Assembly: GCF_009914755.1 (NCBI RefSeq)
Contig: NC_060934.1
Direction: 5' to 3' (one strand)
Length of the DNA: 64,000 bases
Source of the DNA: the human T2T-CHM13v2.0 reference genome, Homo sapiens
Shown here: positions 1 through 15,709 of the stretch, one piece after another
Layout: every line of letters starts with the position of its first letter
How positions within the stretch are numbered: the first letter of the stretch is position 1
The notes under the pieces: model-generated
Database searches by the model: none
What the model was told of the DNA's origin: nothing
The model's input: only the letters and a program-made list of their open reading frames with translations
Program-made: the position numbers and the translations under genes

Positions 1-19
1 TTATACCACTTATTTGTCC

Positions 20-1200
<1,181 letters not shown>

Positions 1201-1599
1201 AAAAGACTTGGTCTCCTTTGACCCAGGCTGCATAGGATGGGTGATCTAGACTTACCTGTTGACCAACAGGGTAAGTGAGTGTGAGAAAGTCCCAGCACAA
1301 GATCTTCACTCTAGTGACAGCTCACATTCTAGTGAAAGCTCCTTCCCCAAAGAAGAAAAGGAAGTTATTCTAATCTAGTGTTAGTGACTTCCTTTCATCC
1401 TGAAGTTCTACCTAGTGGTTGGGCATTTTAACCAGTTGGTTAATTAATATTTATGAGGAATCTACTTATTGTGCAGCCCTGTGTTCAGTGTTATGAGAGA
1501 TACAGAAAAATATGTGATATAATTTCTGCTCTCAAGGATCTTTACAGTTTAGTTGAGGTGAAAATACACAAAACAACAACAACAATTAATACCAGGCAG

Positions 1600-1870
1600 T
1601 GGTATTAATATGAATAGCTATATTCCAGGCAGTGCACCAAACCTTTACATTCAGAATCTCATTTAATTCTTATAACAAGATACCATTGTTATACCCATCA
1701 CTCATCCTCCTCCCAGAGAAACAAACAAACATAAGAAAACAGAATCCTAGAAAGCAGAAGTAACTTTTCCAAGATGAATGTGTGAGTGTGAGTTTGTGAG
1801 AGGGAAGAAAGTGAGTGAAACAACAGAAGCTGGGTTCAGATCCACCTGCCTGACATTCAGAGCCATAATT
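1600..1870 (-). mobile_element. MIR relic
   Basis: atctcatttaattcttataacaa, aagtaacttttccaag and agaagctgggttcagatcc resemble the antisense MIR core. Confidence 0.55.
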
Positions 1871-2882
1871 GCAGACCGTTTTTTCTGAACCCCCTCCCCC
1901 AACCCCCCAAAAAATCTGGCCACAAGGTCAGTTCATGACATGAACATTTATTGTCATGTCTTGAAATAGGTAGTCATTGGTTAGTTAGTTATAGGAGTGC
2001 TTACTAGGTACCAAGCAGGGTTGTTTGTGCTGGGCATAAAATGATGAGTAACCCATGGCCTGGTCCTGCCTTCAAAGAGCTCAGAAGGCAGGAAAGAAAT
2101 TTGAAATCAGGACATAAGCTAGAACTCCAGAAATATGGGGACCTCTTTCCTGGGAAGAAGTCCCCTCTGGGCTGTATAACTGGACTTATCACAATAAAGA
2201 AGGGACTTAAGGTTGACCTAAAAGATGGGGTGGGGGGATGTGTAGCTGCAGAGGAATGGAGAAGCAAGAACAAAGAAATTGCTGGCCTGGCATGATTCTG
2301 ATTGCATGGCGTGATTTCTGTTTAGCATTTCTGATTCAGCTTGAGTAATTCTGGGAAGCTTTTTTGATCTCTACCAAGCTGCCTTAGGTCCTTTACAGTT
2401 GCTGCAGACATATCTCCATCTTAGCATTAACCACTTCATATTATAACCACCCCATTTTGCACAAGACTGTGAACAATAGTGAACAAGACACCTTGTCTTT
2501 TCTTCTGGGAATCCCTAGTAGTCATCCTATAGTAAATACTTAATGATCTGTTCTTGGATGAAGGTGTGCATTTCACTGATGTCTCATGAAAACTCTCTAT
2601 GAAGAGATCTCCTTCTTCACTTTAACAGCCTCTGACCAAGGAAATATATTCAAACCTGGCTGAAATTGAAGGCTGTGACACCATTCTGGATGCATCTATC
2701 ATTCTGATGTGGCTTTAAGCTGTCGTTTGGTACCTGCTATGGTTTTTGTTGCATTGACTCATGAGAATTCCACAGTGAGGTGCTTCATAGGCACAATGTT
2801 GTTAGAGGATGCTGTCCACTCTACTGAATATTACTGAAACTATAATGAAAGGTAGTTTTGAGAAGGTAGGATCAAGCTGAGG

Positions 2883-3190
2883 TTTTTTGTTTTTGTTTTT
2901 TCTTTTTCTGAGACAGAGTCTCATTCTGTTGCCCCGGCTAGAGTGCAGTGGCGCCATCTCAAGTCACTGCAACCTCCCCCTCGGGGGTTCAAGCAATTCT
3001 CCTGCCTCAGCCTCCTGAGTAGCTGGGATTACAGGCATATGCCATCACTGCTGGCTAATTTTTGTATTTTTAGTAGAGACAGGGTTTCACCATGTTTCCC
3101 AGGCTGGTCTTAAACTCATGAGCTCAAGCCATCTGCCTGCCGTGGCCTCTCAAAGTGCTGCGATTACAGGCATGAGCCACTGTGACCAGC
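2883..3190 (-). mobile_element. Alu (older S/J-type), full length
   Basis: T-rich tail, then gagacagagtctcattctgttgccc to gagccactgtgaccagc; flanking agctgag(g)tttt duplication. Confidence 0.96.
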
Positions 3191-3745
3191 TTGAGCTGAG
3201 TTTTGGCTGCATGTTTTCTTTTTCTCTTTCCCCCTTTAGCCTAAGGAGAACTATGAATACAGACAAATACTGTTTTAGATTCTCAGATCTAACGCGTAGT
3301 TATTGAGCAGTTACTATATGTCAGTCATGTGCTAAGTGCTTCCATGTGAATTATCCTTTTTTATATCATAATAACCTGACAAATTTGGTTCTTATTATTT
3401 CCAAGTTGAAGAATTTAAAACAGGGCATAGAGAAGTCAGTGATTTAAGACTAATAGGAGGAGCTAGTGCATGTCAGAGCCAAAGGAGAAACTAATTTTTT
3501 AGGAGAATCTGGAAAAGTGCAGAGCTTAAATTGTGGTAGAAAGAATTCAAGAAACAGAGGAAACATACTTCCAATGTAATTGTATCCTAGATGTAAATGC
3601 TAAATGCTGAGGCACATCCAAAGGGGTATTATGTAGGTTTCTGCCCTCAAGAAGCTTATAATTTAGTTGGGGAGAAAAGGTATTCAGGAGATACAATTTT
3701 TGCTGCAGAGAATAAAAGAATAGATCAATAGATCTTCTTCCCTGT

Positions 3746-3795
3746 AAAAAACAAACAAACAAACAAACAAACAAAAAAAAAAAAAAAAAAAAAAA
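3746..3795. repeat. (CAAA)n followed by poly(A)
   Basis: Read directly from the sequence. Confidence 0.9.
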
Positions 3796-5427
3796 CCCCA
3801 AAAACTGTAGTGAGAGGATATGATTTTGTGTTGGCAAGGCCAGTCAGAAACTGTAGGGAAAGGAAAACAGTTAATCTGTTAGAGTTATTGATTAATGTTT
3901 GATTGTATTTTGAGTGTTTTTTATGACTTTTTCAATAATTTTCATATAATTCAAATTTTTCAATAATTTTTTTCACTTTTTCACTTTTTTTTTCATTTTT
4001 TTCAATAATTTTCAAAAACTGAAGGAAAACCTAGCTTTTCTTTGTAGTACAACAGGGCCCTGGCTGGGAAGAAAACTTGCCATTCTTTTAGAAGATCATG
4101 GGACAAAACTCCCTTTCTCCCTGACTTCCCATTTCTCAGTTTGTGGAAACATAGAAAGACTTAGAATTTAATAATTGAAAGGCTATTGAAATATTCCCTC
4201 TTTATACAGATGAGGAGATAAAAACCCAAACATAATCTAAGATTTGTCCCAAAGTCAATCAAACCCTGAGGCACAATCAGAACAGAAATCTGACTCCCAG
4301 CTCTGGGGTGGCAGAAAGAGCACAGGACCCAGGTTCAGGGGTGTGGCTCAAGTGCACCTCTGCTCTTTCCCATGCACCTTGACTATCTCACTATGCTGTG
4401 AGTCTCAGTTGAGGTAATGATATGTACTCCACAAGATCCTTAAGAGGAGCTCATGAAGAAACATGAAAGTACTTTGTAAACTGTAAGGTAACATATGAAT
4501 GGCAGGGATTGTTGATAATTCTACTCCCCTATACTACTTTTGCAAACCCTCTAGTAACTGGATGTTCTTCTGGTTCTATGTTTCTGCTAGAGATGAAGGA
4601 TGGAATCTCAGTTAGACAAAAAGACAAAGTCAAACATGGTCTTTGAGAAATAATTGTTTTTCTCAGACAAGACCTACTCAAATTGACAGAAGGCATCTTA
4701 TCACACTGGCCATTAACCAAGATCATTCTGAAGATTATATACCTTTTAGAAGCTTAGAAGATCAGGGAACTATAGCTTTAAGTTGTGCTCTAGCTAATAA
4801 GTGATTTTCCACTGCATTACCCCAGCTACTCTTGCATTCAATAAACATGAGAGATTGCACTGTAATAGCAACCAGTGCACACAGACACACACTTTAATTA
4901 AAGGAATACATCACACAGTGAAGTGCATTTAAATGAAAAATCTTTCCATTGGAAGCATAGTTTCTTTTTTTTTTTTTCTCTCTTTCAGTGGCACTTTTCT
5001 GATGTTTAAATACTTCTAAGAGTATGGAGGGGCAGGCTAGGGTCAAGGTGAGATTCTCCAGGGAGACGCTCAGGGTTACAGCTGCCTTGGCTCTGACAGA
5101 GTGTTAGCTAAACCTCATATAGTGGTATAGTGACAGGTGATATAAACAGTATCTGGTGTGATTATACAGTGAGGCTGGTGAAGGGAGCTGGTGCATATAT
5201 GAGTTACTGTTAGAGGATTTCTTAGTCTCAGGAGGAGGAGTGATGGCTGGAGGAAGGGGAAGGGCAGAGAAAATCATCATACTTCCTGGCTGATGTAACA
5301 CTTTGTGGATGTCCAGCCTGATGACTTTGTATGAAAAGCCGGACTGCTGTTGTTCTTTAGATAGGAAACCAGGCTAAAAAGCCCATGTGCTCCTCTCTGT
5401 GCCTGTTACAATATTTTATCCCTTACA

Positions 5428-5770
5428 ACTTTATTGAAAAATAATTTATGTCTAATAAACTACATTAACTTAAAGTATCTAGTTCAATGAGTTTTGAGAG
5501 TCATAAGCATTAGTGAAACCACCATCATGATATGGAACATGTCTATCACCTTCACCAAAGATTCCTCATGCCTTTGTAGTCCTTCTCTCCTTCCTCCTCT
5601 GACCCCAGAAAAACAGTGATATGCTTTTTGTCTATTTGCATTGTATGCAAATACAGCATACAATATGCATTTCTTTCGTGTATCTGACTTCTTTCACTGA
5701 GCAGTGATTCTCAGATTCCTCCATGTTGGTGTGTGTATCAACAGTTCATTCCTTTTTATTGCTGAGTAGG
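5428..5770 (-). mobile_element. Old L1 (L1M-type) 3' end
   Basis: actttattgaaaaataatttat, aaagtatctagttcaatgagttttga and cagttcattcctttttattgctgagtag are typical of an antisense L1M 3' UTR. Confidence 0.8.
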
Positions 5771-5994
5771 TTATGATGTTTTAAGGTAAACGCAGTTATT
5801 TATCTTAATTGCGTGGCTCCTATTGCTGATTCCAGTACCAAAGAAACTCCCTATGTGTATCTGAGGTGAGGTAGTGTGTCTCCACATTTTGAGAGCCTAG
5901 GGCCTACTCTAGTGGCCAACAGTGGTGAGAAGTATTTCCCAGTCTAGATTGCATAGTGAGAGATGGCCTCCCCTCTTTCCAACCGTCCTTTCAC

Positions 5995-6305
5995 GTTTCC
6001 ATTCCTCTTTCCACCAGTGTTTATTGAACACTGACTATGTCCCAAGCACTGCTCTTGGCACTTGGGTACATCATGAAACAGAACCAGAAACCCTTCCCAT
6101 TGTGAAGCTTCTTACGTCTGTAATATTTTTAAAAGTTATAGCATTTATTGTTATAGTTGGCCTAACAACATATATTGTTAGTTGGTCATAAATACTATAA
6201 GGAAAATAAAGCAAGAAAGGAGCATAGAGGAAGTTAGGATAAAAGAGCTGCAACTTACATAGGGTGTTCAGGGAAGGTCTCATCAAGGCAGTGACATTTG
6301 AGAGA
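5995..6305 (-). mobile_element. L2 3' end relic
   Basis: gtttattgaacactgactatgtcccaagcactg and tagggtgttcagggaaggtctc..gtgacatttgag. Confidence 0.7.
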
Positions 6306-8211
6306 GCATAAGTTTCAGAGCATTCTTCAGCCAGTTCTCTGGGTCTCCAGCACAGCATTGACATCTAGAGCATGATCTACTGAATGTGGGCAGATTTTTA
6401 AGCGCATAGAAGGGATGAAGCATCATGGCACCCATACTTGTGTTTCCAAAAGCTTCTGTCTCCCTAGTGCTAGGTATTCTCCCTGGTTCATCTGAGTTCT
6501 TTATGATGTTTGATTCTGGCTACTATTCTTAGAAAACAATGTGAGGAAACTGGAGCAGGTCAAGAAAAAAATGCATGTTCAAAGTGAAGGAAAATCATGG
6601 TAAGGAGGAAATATGATTGGATTCTTTTGACATTGGATGGTTTGTCAAGGTCTTGCCATTTTTTTTTCCTGGTGAATGTTCTCTTGTCCTGAAGTTCAGT
6701 ATGGTTGATAATGTTGAAGGTTCTGACAAGAAAGTCTGGATGGAAAAGAGTTAAGGAGGCCTTCTTAACTATTAAGATAGTAACTTGAGACTCCTCTAGT
6801 CATTCCCCCAATAACATGCCTAAAGTCTTGATTCACACTCCACCCTCTGGTTTTTAAACATTTTAATGCCAGGAGTTCCACCTTTCGTTTTCTCCCTCCA
6901 CACACATATCTATGAGGTTGACTTCAAAGGTCCACCAGTCAAGCGTAAGTAAATTATCATCTCAAGAACAAAAGAACTGGATTAGATAGATGCCTAGTGG
7001 ACACTATGAAAATATTGTACGTTGAAGCATTCTCGTGAGTTGTTAACTTCAAAGCATCCAGAGAAGCATGAAAGACGATTAAAATCTTGGGCTTTAAAGT
7101 CAGACAGACCTGAGGCCAAGTTTTACCTTTATTCATGGTCATATCATTACTAAATAACAAGCTGTAAAAAAAGATTGTAAAGCACCTACCTCATAATGTG
7201 AAGGTTGAATGAGATAACAAACTGAACCCAGCAGTGTATACAAAAGGGAATGCGTTATGATTGAGGGTGGTTTATTTCTAGAATGTAAGATGTTAATGTT
7301 AGAAAAATCTAAAAGTGGAATTTAGTATACTAAAGGTTTAAGGAGAAAAACTACATCAGTCTCTCAATTGACTCATGAAAATTATTGAATAAAATGGAAC
7401 ACTCATTAATGATTTACAAAAGAAAAACAAGAAAGCAAAACAAAGGAGTAAACAAAAAATTATTAGCAAACTAGGAGATGAGTACTTCTTTAACCTAATA
7501 AAGATTATCCACCAAAAACATATAACATATTATTTTTAATAGTAAAACATTACAAACTCTTTTAAAATCAGGACTAAGACATGGATACTCAGAACCACAG
7601 CTTTAAATCAACAATGTACTGGGAGGCTTATTCATCACAATAAAATAAGAAAAAGGAAAAAGGTCATCTTCTATACATAATATGATTCTCTACATTTAAG
7701 ACTCAAAAGAAACTGTAGGCAAATTATTAAACTTAATAATTTTAAGTTATTTCAAGCAAAATCAAATGGATTTTTATTCCCCAGCAATAATGAGTTAGAA
7801 AACACAATTAAAATATAATATACACAGTATATCTTGTTTCAATATCCAACAAGAATAGGTAAAACAAAAGTTGGGCAAGGTTTTTATTGAAAAAATCTTA
7901 AAACTCTTAAAAGATACTAAGGAAAAACAATTTGAATGAATTAAATACACCATATACATTTACTGGAATCCTCAATAGCATGAAAACATAAAATCTCTGC
8001 AAGTTTCTCTGTTTCAATACAAATCAATCAAAATTGCAACAGGTGCTTATAGGAACTTATCAAACTGATTTTCTAATGCACAGAAAATAGCAAAGGTCCA
8101 AGAGCAAACCAGACTCACCTGAAGAGGAATAAAGGGTGTGTGGTTGGAGTGGGTTGCTAACTTAAGAGATATCAGAAGTTATTGTTCTGTACTTCTATTT
8201 AGTTTGTGTAG

Positions 8212-8253
8212 ACACACAGACACACAGACACACACACACACACACACACACAC
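8212..8253. repeat. (CA)n microsatellite
   Basis: Read directly from the sequence. Confidence 0.95.
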
Positions 8254-8307
8254 AGGCATGGGAAAATTGACAAATGGTACAGAATAGAGACCCCAGCACA
8301 GATCTAA

Positions 8308-8380
8308 ATATACATATATATATATATACACACATATATATACATATATATATACACATATATATACATATATATATATA
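8308..8380. repeat. (TA)n/(TACA)n compound microsatellite
   Basis: Read directly from the sequence. Confidence 0.95.
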
Positions 8381-8907
8381 ACAACGTAATATAAAAAAAT
8401 TCGCATAGCAAAAAAATGGTTATTGAGTAGGCTATTTAATTATTATTCTGGGACAATTGGGTATTCATAGGAAAGAAATTTGGATTGGAACCTGTTAACA
8501 GATGTAAAAAGCAAAATTTCAGATGGACTTAAGACTTAACTGTGTAAGACAAATGCCAACATTTAAGAAGAAAATTTTGGAAACTATCTTTTATACCTTA
8601 TGACAGGTAGAGGTTTCTGAATTAAGATGCAAAAATGCTAGCCATAAGATGAATGTATATAATGCTATTAATTAAAGTTTATTATAATGAAGAATAGTAG
8701 CTCATTAAAAGATTCCAAAAATGGTATGTGAAAAGATAAGCCATAAGCTTGGAAAAGATTCTTGCTGCACATAATCCTATCAAAGGATAAGTATCTATTT
8801 TGTATAAAGAAATATTATAAGTTTATAAGCAAAAGATAGACAAGCCAACAAAATGATTGCCAAAGGAGTGAATAGCCATACCATTTATAGGAAACACTAA
8901 CAAAAAA

Positions 8908-9254
8908 TGCTGTGGTCTGAATGTTTGCTTTCCCCCAAAATTTATATGTGAAACTTAATCTCCAAGGTGATGATATTTAGGAGGTGGGACCTTTGGAAAG
9001 TGATTAGGTCATGAATGTGATTAACACACCTATAAGGGGCTGAAGAGATCAAAGTTCTCCTCTTTTACCATCTGAGAACAGAGCTAGAAGGTGCCATCTA
9101 TGAACCATCAAATGGGCCCTCACTAGACACTGTATCTGCTGGTATCTTGATCTGGGACTACCCAGCCTCCATAACTGTGAGAAGTAAATCTCTGTTGTTT
9201 ATAAGCTACCCAGTTTATGGTATTTTGCTACAGCAGTCTAAATGGACTACGACA
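8908..9254 (+). mobile_element. MaLR solo LTR, MLT1A/MLT1A0-like
   Basis: Starts tgctgtggtctgaatgtttg..cccccaaaattt and ends cagcagtctaaatggactacgaca (TG...CA termini, about 350 bp). Confidence 0.88.
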
Positions 9255-9887
9255 GAAAATTAACATGAAAAAAGGCATAACCACATTAGTAATCAATGCA
9301 ATGCAAATTAAGACTATAGTAAGGGACTATTTATTACCCACAAGACTTGCAAAATTAAGAACATTGTAATTTCAGTATGGGTGAGGTTGAGGTTCAGTGG
9401 GAACCCTAGTATGTCCTGGGTAGCAGTGTAGATTTGAACAACTACTTTGGAGAACAAGCTGGCAGTACATTTGAAGCCAAATAAGTGTAAATTCTGCAAT
9501 TGAACAACCTACTCCTGGATATAAACCCTGGAGAAACACTTGCCAGGAGACACATGCATGAATGTTTACACATAATTTCTTGTTATAGCAAAAAGGCTGG
9601 AAGTAACTCAAATGCCCATAGATCGAAGAATGGATAAATTATATTGACACAGTGGAATATTATTTGGCCATGAAAATTGATGAACTAAGTCTACATTTAA
9701 CCACATGGATGGATCTTAGAAAAACAATCCTGAATGGAAAAAAAATCACATCAAAGTAGGCTTTATACAGGATGATGCCATTTTCATAAATTTCAGAAAC
9801 AAGCAATGCCTGACAATATCATGTTTCAAGATACATACCTATGGGGTAGAATTATTTTTAAAAGCAAAGAGACGATGGGGACAATAA

Positions 9888-10272
<385 letters not shown>

Positions 10273-10379
10273 GTAAGGTTCTACTTCTTAACTTTTGGTG
10301 GTAGGATCACAAGTGTTAGTATTGTTTGTTTCATAACTTAAATTTATGTTATGTATTACATATTAGAAATATTATATAA

Positions 10380-10693
<314 letters not shown>

Positions 10694-12229
10694 TTATAAA
10701 TATATATTTTATAAACCTAAAATATTACATGATTTTTAGCGAGCAGACACATAACACTGAAGAAATTGTAGAGCTGAAAGGGCTCAGCACCATGTCTGTA
10801 GTCTAAAAGCAGTAACAACAACAACAACAAAAAATAGCTGTCAATTTTATAACGGTATCTATTTCTTTCAAATGGTGATGACTTTTTTTTGTGTTCCCTC
10901 TTATATGAATTATTATAGAAGATGAAGATTGCTGAAGGCTCTATCATGCTGGCTGGAAGGTGGACCCTACCGCCAATGTAGACAGTATTATTTCTGTCCG
11001 CCACTTCAATCTCTTGTCCTGGCAGAGGTTGCATTATCTCTCTACTCATTGTGTCTATGGGGAATGGAGGGCTGGCCTACTCAAAACTCACAAAATAAAT
11101 GTTACTCTGAGCTGAAGTTTAAAAAACAGTTTCCTAAAACAACATATGCAATATTATTAATCTTGAAAACTGCCTGGGGGAAAGATGTATTTAAACTGAT
11201 TTGACTCTTGGAATCAAGAGAGCAGTGTACTCATTTGGAGGACAGCATTTTTAACAATGACTTTGATGCAATACAAGAAACTCCATTACATCTCACTTAA
11301 AGATTCAGTTTTACTTATTCTCCCATGCTAGTAATATTTCCTTCTGCCACTTTGGGTAATTATCAAAGTTATTCGTTATAATGAAGGGGATTTTTTTTTT
11401 TTGAGGGAACCGTCTGCTTCTGCTGGTCTCTGCATGAAATGATTATACAATTGGGGTTTGTAGCTGGGGTGGAGATGGAGGTCCCCACACAGGAAGTGGT
11501 GGTGGTACCAGTAGAAAGGCCCTGCCTTAGGGGGGCAGTTGTGTTTAAGTGACTCACAGGACTCCAAGATGCAGTGAAAGAATAGGAAGGTGGTTTCCCA
11601 CTTCCAACTGGTGCTGACAAATAAAGAGTCTTCTCTGCTGATTCAGAGATGAGAAAGAGTATCAATTAACCACAAAGTCTGGTTGGATTAGCCAGTCTGC
11701 AAGGGTTTGCTAGCAGCATAGGATATGGTTAAAACATGGACTTTTAAAGATGGCACAGTCCAGTCTAAAAAAATGGGGAGGCACTCATGGGCTTTATGGC
11801 TTCTATTATTATTAGTAGTATTATTATTGGAAATAGAATATGGAGATAGAGATGTGAGAAGTCCTAGCACATAAAATGTTGCTCAATAAATGCTGCATTC
11901 TAAAGTGCCATGGTCTTCCTTAAGTTTCATTTGTTTCACAAGGGTGGATCCTTGTCTGTTATGATCCACTCCTTATCCCTTAAACTTTGCTCACATTTAT
12001 GTTGGGTCTAAACATGCAGTTGTTTACCACTTGAAATCATGAGGTCCTTGATTAGAAGGAACTCACTGAGATCATTTTTTATATTCCCTGTAGTGGAATA
12101 AGAATTGTATCAGCCAAAGCACAATGGACCAGCCTCTAAGACTTGGCCTCTTTCATGGGGTGTTTTCTGGCTGATGTAATCTATGGAATGCATTTCTTTC
12201 TCTGGACCTAGTTTCTAAGTTTTACATGT

Positions 12230-12790
12230 GGTTGTATGCTGTGTAGAGTAAGGAATGGTAGTTGAAAATGACAGGATACCTCAACTGAATTAGCCAAAGG
12301 TGAATTTATGGGCTAAGTTAGCTGTGATGTTCAAGAGAAGACCTGGCTTCAAGTTTAGCCAGGTCTAAGAGCAAATATTGTGCCAGTGTTGCTGTCTTGT
12401 TTTGCTCTTTCAATGCTTTGCTTCTCTTTTCTGGTGGTGTTTTTGTTCTCAGGCGACGTTCCCCTCAGAGGGGCAGGATGGCTGCTATCAACTCCATGCT
12501 TCTGTCCTAGTCTCTCAGTAACTCTGGTGGAAAGAGAGCTCCTTCCTCTAGCACAAAGTCTTGGGATTGGCTCTGACTGCCTCTCACTGTGTGGCATGCC
12601 CACCCTAAACTAATGGCCAAGGCCACTGCAGTTGGATTGGACCTGGATGATGTGCTAATCCAGATCTCAAGGTTGGGGAGAGTTTTATGCAAATCACATG
12701 AACTAATTGGAGGAGGAGTGGTCCCAGGGCAATTAGGGGTTGCTGGTAGATGCAGAAGTTGGCATAGGGCAGGAAAACAACAAATATAAA
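12230..12790 (-). mobile_element. Old MaLR LTR (MLT1J/K-like)
   Basis: Diverged motifs gattggctctgactg and catgcccaccctaaactaat..ggccaagg..gattggacctgg; boundaries uncertain. Confidence 0.5.
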
Positions 12791-15353
12791 ACACAGATAT
12801 GTTGCTCCTTGTAGAAATGTGGATTTGACATTTTTCTGAATTAAATTGTAAGGTTATTACATATGAGCTTATGTTTTTCTTCTTCCCTAACTTTTGAAAA
12901 CAAAATATAGCAATAATTCTACAGGCTCAACAAAATTGAATTGAATTGTCTCCCTCAGGAGAGGCTAGAAGAGGCCATAGATATAGTTGCTCCTTCAAAT
13001 TCTCCCTTGACTAATTATAGTTATATACTCTAAGTGAATCTCTCTCTCACTTTCTATTACCTCTCTCTCTCTCAAACTTATATTATTGGTTACACTTATG
13101 AAATATTTTAAAAATCATCCACATCATCTGCCAAACTCCAATCTGATTTTTTTTCCTTATCTCCCCTAGTTGTATCAATGCTCCATCCATTCTTCCTGTC
13201 ACTATCTTGGGACTTCCCCCTCTTCCTTGTCCTCCATGTTGAAATTATTATATCTGGCTGTCCTATCACTGTCTTCACTTCCTTTTTATTTTCATTGTTA
13301 TCACCTCATTTTTTATCTTTGTTTGACAACACCTGTAGTGGCTTGCTAATTCTTCAGATGTCCCTCTTTGCCTCTTCCATTTAAGCTTCTTTATGTACTG
13401 ACACCAGATTAAAATTTCTACAAAACTACATATCTGACCCTTCTTCAGAAGCCATTTCTACTCTTTGTTCATTTTACAGATGAAAAAACTGAAGGGAGAA
13501 TATGACCATTACTTAATGTCATTAAATCAGTTTGTGCTACTCTATATCGTATAGTATGTCATTCCACATAGGAGAATGGCCAGTTGTCTCCATTGCCCAC
13601 ACTTCAGGTTGGCATTTGAGTCTTTCAGTCTAGATCCCACCTAGCATTTCTACTTCTCTTCATATACTTCATGTTTTAGACATGTTTGAGTTGCATTATT
13701 TTCTGTAAACATTTGCTAGCCTTCCTCTTTCCATCTCTTCTCTTACCTCTGCAACTCACTTGCTAATATATTTCCATGATCAAGTGCCACTTTTCCATGA
13801 GGCTTCCTTCAGTCACCAGTGAAATTGATCACACCCCTCTGAAGCTGAACATTCCTCTCTTCCTTTCATCTAATCAATGTTAAGCGTGGCTATTTATCAA
13901 GTGTCTCCTATGTGCCACAAATATTTTGATAGGCAATTATTCTACCCTGTTCCATGATGCACATTTTGTATTTTCACATAAGAATCATGTTGGAGAGAAT
14001 TTGTCTTATCATCATTGTGACTCTTCCATCACAATACCTTGCACACAGAAGACCATCAATAGGCATTTGTTAAATGAGTGAATAAGTGAATAAATAAAGA
14101 AAATGTAATTATTGCTGAATTAAAGATTAGCTTGTTGCAGGGGCTCATTTTTCTGGACTGAGGTTGCAGATGATTCTCTTCTGTATTAAAAGGGCATTGA
14201 TTACCATAGAAATACATTCACTTCTCTTGCCTTCCATTCCATGAATTTTGCAGCAGTAGCAGCTACTTACAATTGAATTTTAAGGCCTTAGAGCTCCAAT
14301 GCTTTATGGCTTTACTTAAACCAAGTGACGAAACCAGAGCCTAAGTTTTCACTCTCTAGGAAATCCACTGTCTCATTTCCAAGACCTAGTGGCCGTGGTC
14401 TTGTTTCAGCATCAGGAAGCTTTTTGGCTCTGTTATTGGTATCCATAGGGCTGTTCATATACCTGTCACTGGACATCCAAGACATGGGACTCGTTCTTTA
14501 TGGAAAGAAAGTCTTTTAAATTAAGGGCCTCGTAAATACTGACCACATAGAATACTTTCTTCCAAATGAAGTTACCAAGTCTTCATTGGCTCTCCTTTGC
14601 TGTCAGGATGAACTACAAGCTTATAAACTTACAATTTCATCTATTCACAGTTTGCATCATACAAGTGTCACTCATCTATATGACATAGGTGTGTCATCGT
14701 ATTCTCTGTGCAAACCCTCTACCCCAGGTTTATGTCAGATGAATATTGGGGATAGTAAGACCATATAGATAGGAATAGTTTCACACTATGGTAAATTAGA
14801 GAGCACATATTCTGCCTAAAGATATTCAAACTCATTAAAATACTACTTCAGCAACATAAAAATAAATAAACCAAAACAACTCTCCTTTCTCCAAAAAACT
14901 TATCACGGACAAATAATAAAAACTATGTTTGGCCCATGGATCACAGTATTGAGAATTCTGTACCAATTAATCAATAAACAAATAAGGTACCTGATTCTCA
15001 CCGTCACCTCCATTTACCTTATGCTGTGCTGTTACTGTGCCATTGTTTATGAAGGACTTTCTGCCATTCGTGGAGGGATACCACATCACATGTCACTCAG
15101 CCAGAAAGATTTCCCTTCCTTGTCTGAGTTCGTATGATACTCATCATCTATATCCTTGGCCACAGTACATAATGTCTAACTTTGTAGTAATTATTGCAAG
15201 CATCACCCTCTTCTTGGAGATCATATACTGCAATGTTCAGAGTGTGTGTCTTAGGCATCCCCATGCCCAAATGCATTGCACAAAGCCTAGCCATTGCTAG
15301 ATTCTCAGATGGCACCCATTGACTGGCACTTGAGCCATCAGCATGTATGTACA

Positions 15354-15709
15354 CTTTCTTAGTTTGTTTTGTGCTACTATGACAGAATACCTGAGGCTGG
15401 GTATTTTATTATAAACAAATTTATTGTCTCATGGTTCTAGCTGCTGGAAAGTCCAAGACTGAGGGGCCAGCATTGGGAGAGGGTCTTCTTGTGGTGTCAT
15501 CCCATGGTGGAAGGGCAAAGAGAGGGCAAGAGAGAGCAAGAAATCAAACTCTCAGCCTTAAGCCCTTGTATGATCTATATTAATCCATTCATGAGAGTGG
15601 AACCCTTATGAACCCAAAACTTCCCATTAGGCCCCACCTCCCAATAATGTTGCACTGGGGATTAAGTTTCCAACACATGTTTTCTGAGGGACACATTCAA
15701 ACCATAGCA
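15354..15709 (-). mobile_element. MaLR solo LTR, MST-type (MSTB-like)
   Basis: cttagtttgttttgtgctactatgacagaatacctgaggctggg, ggccccacctcccaata and a terminal acattcaaaccatagca. Confidence 0.88.

Noticed and set aside
10915-11060. GC-balanced stretch as a coding exon or pseudogene fragment
   Set aside because: No recognisable protein in the frames I read and no convincing splice-site pair.
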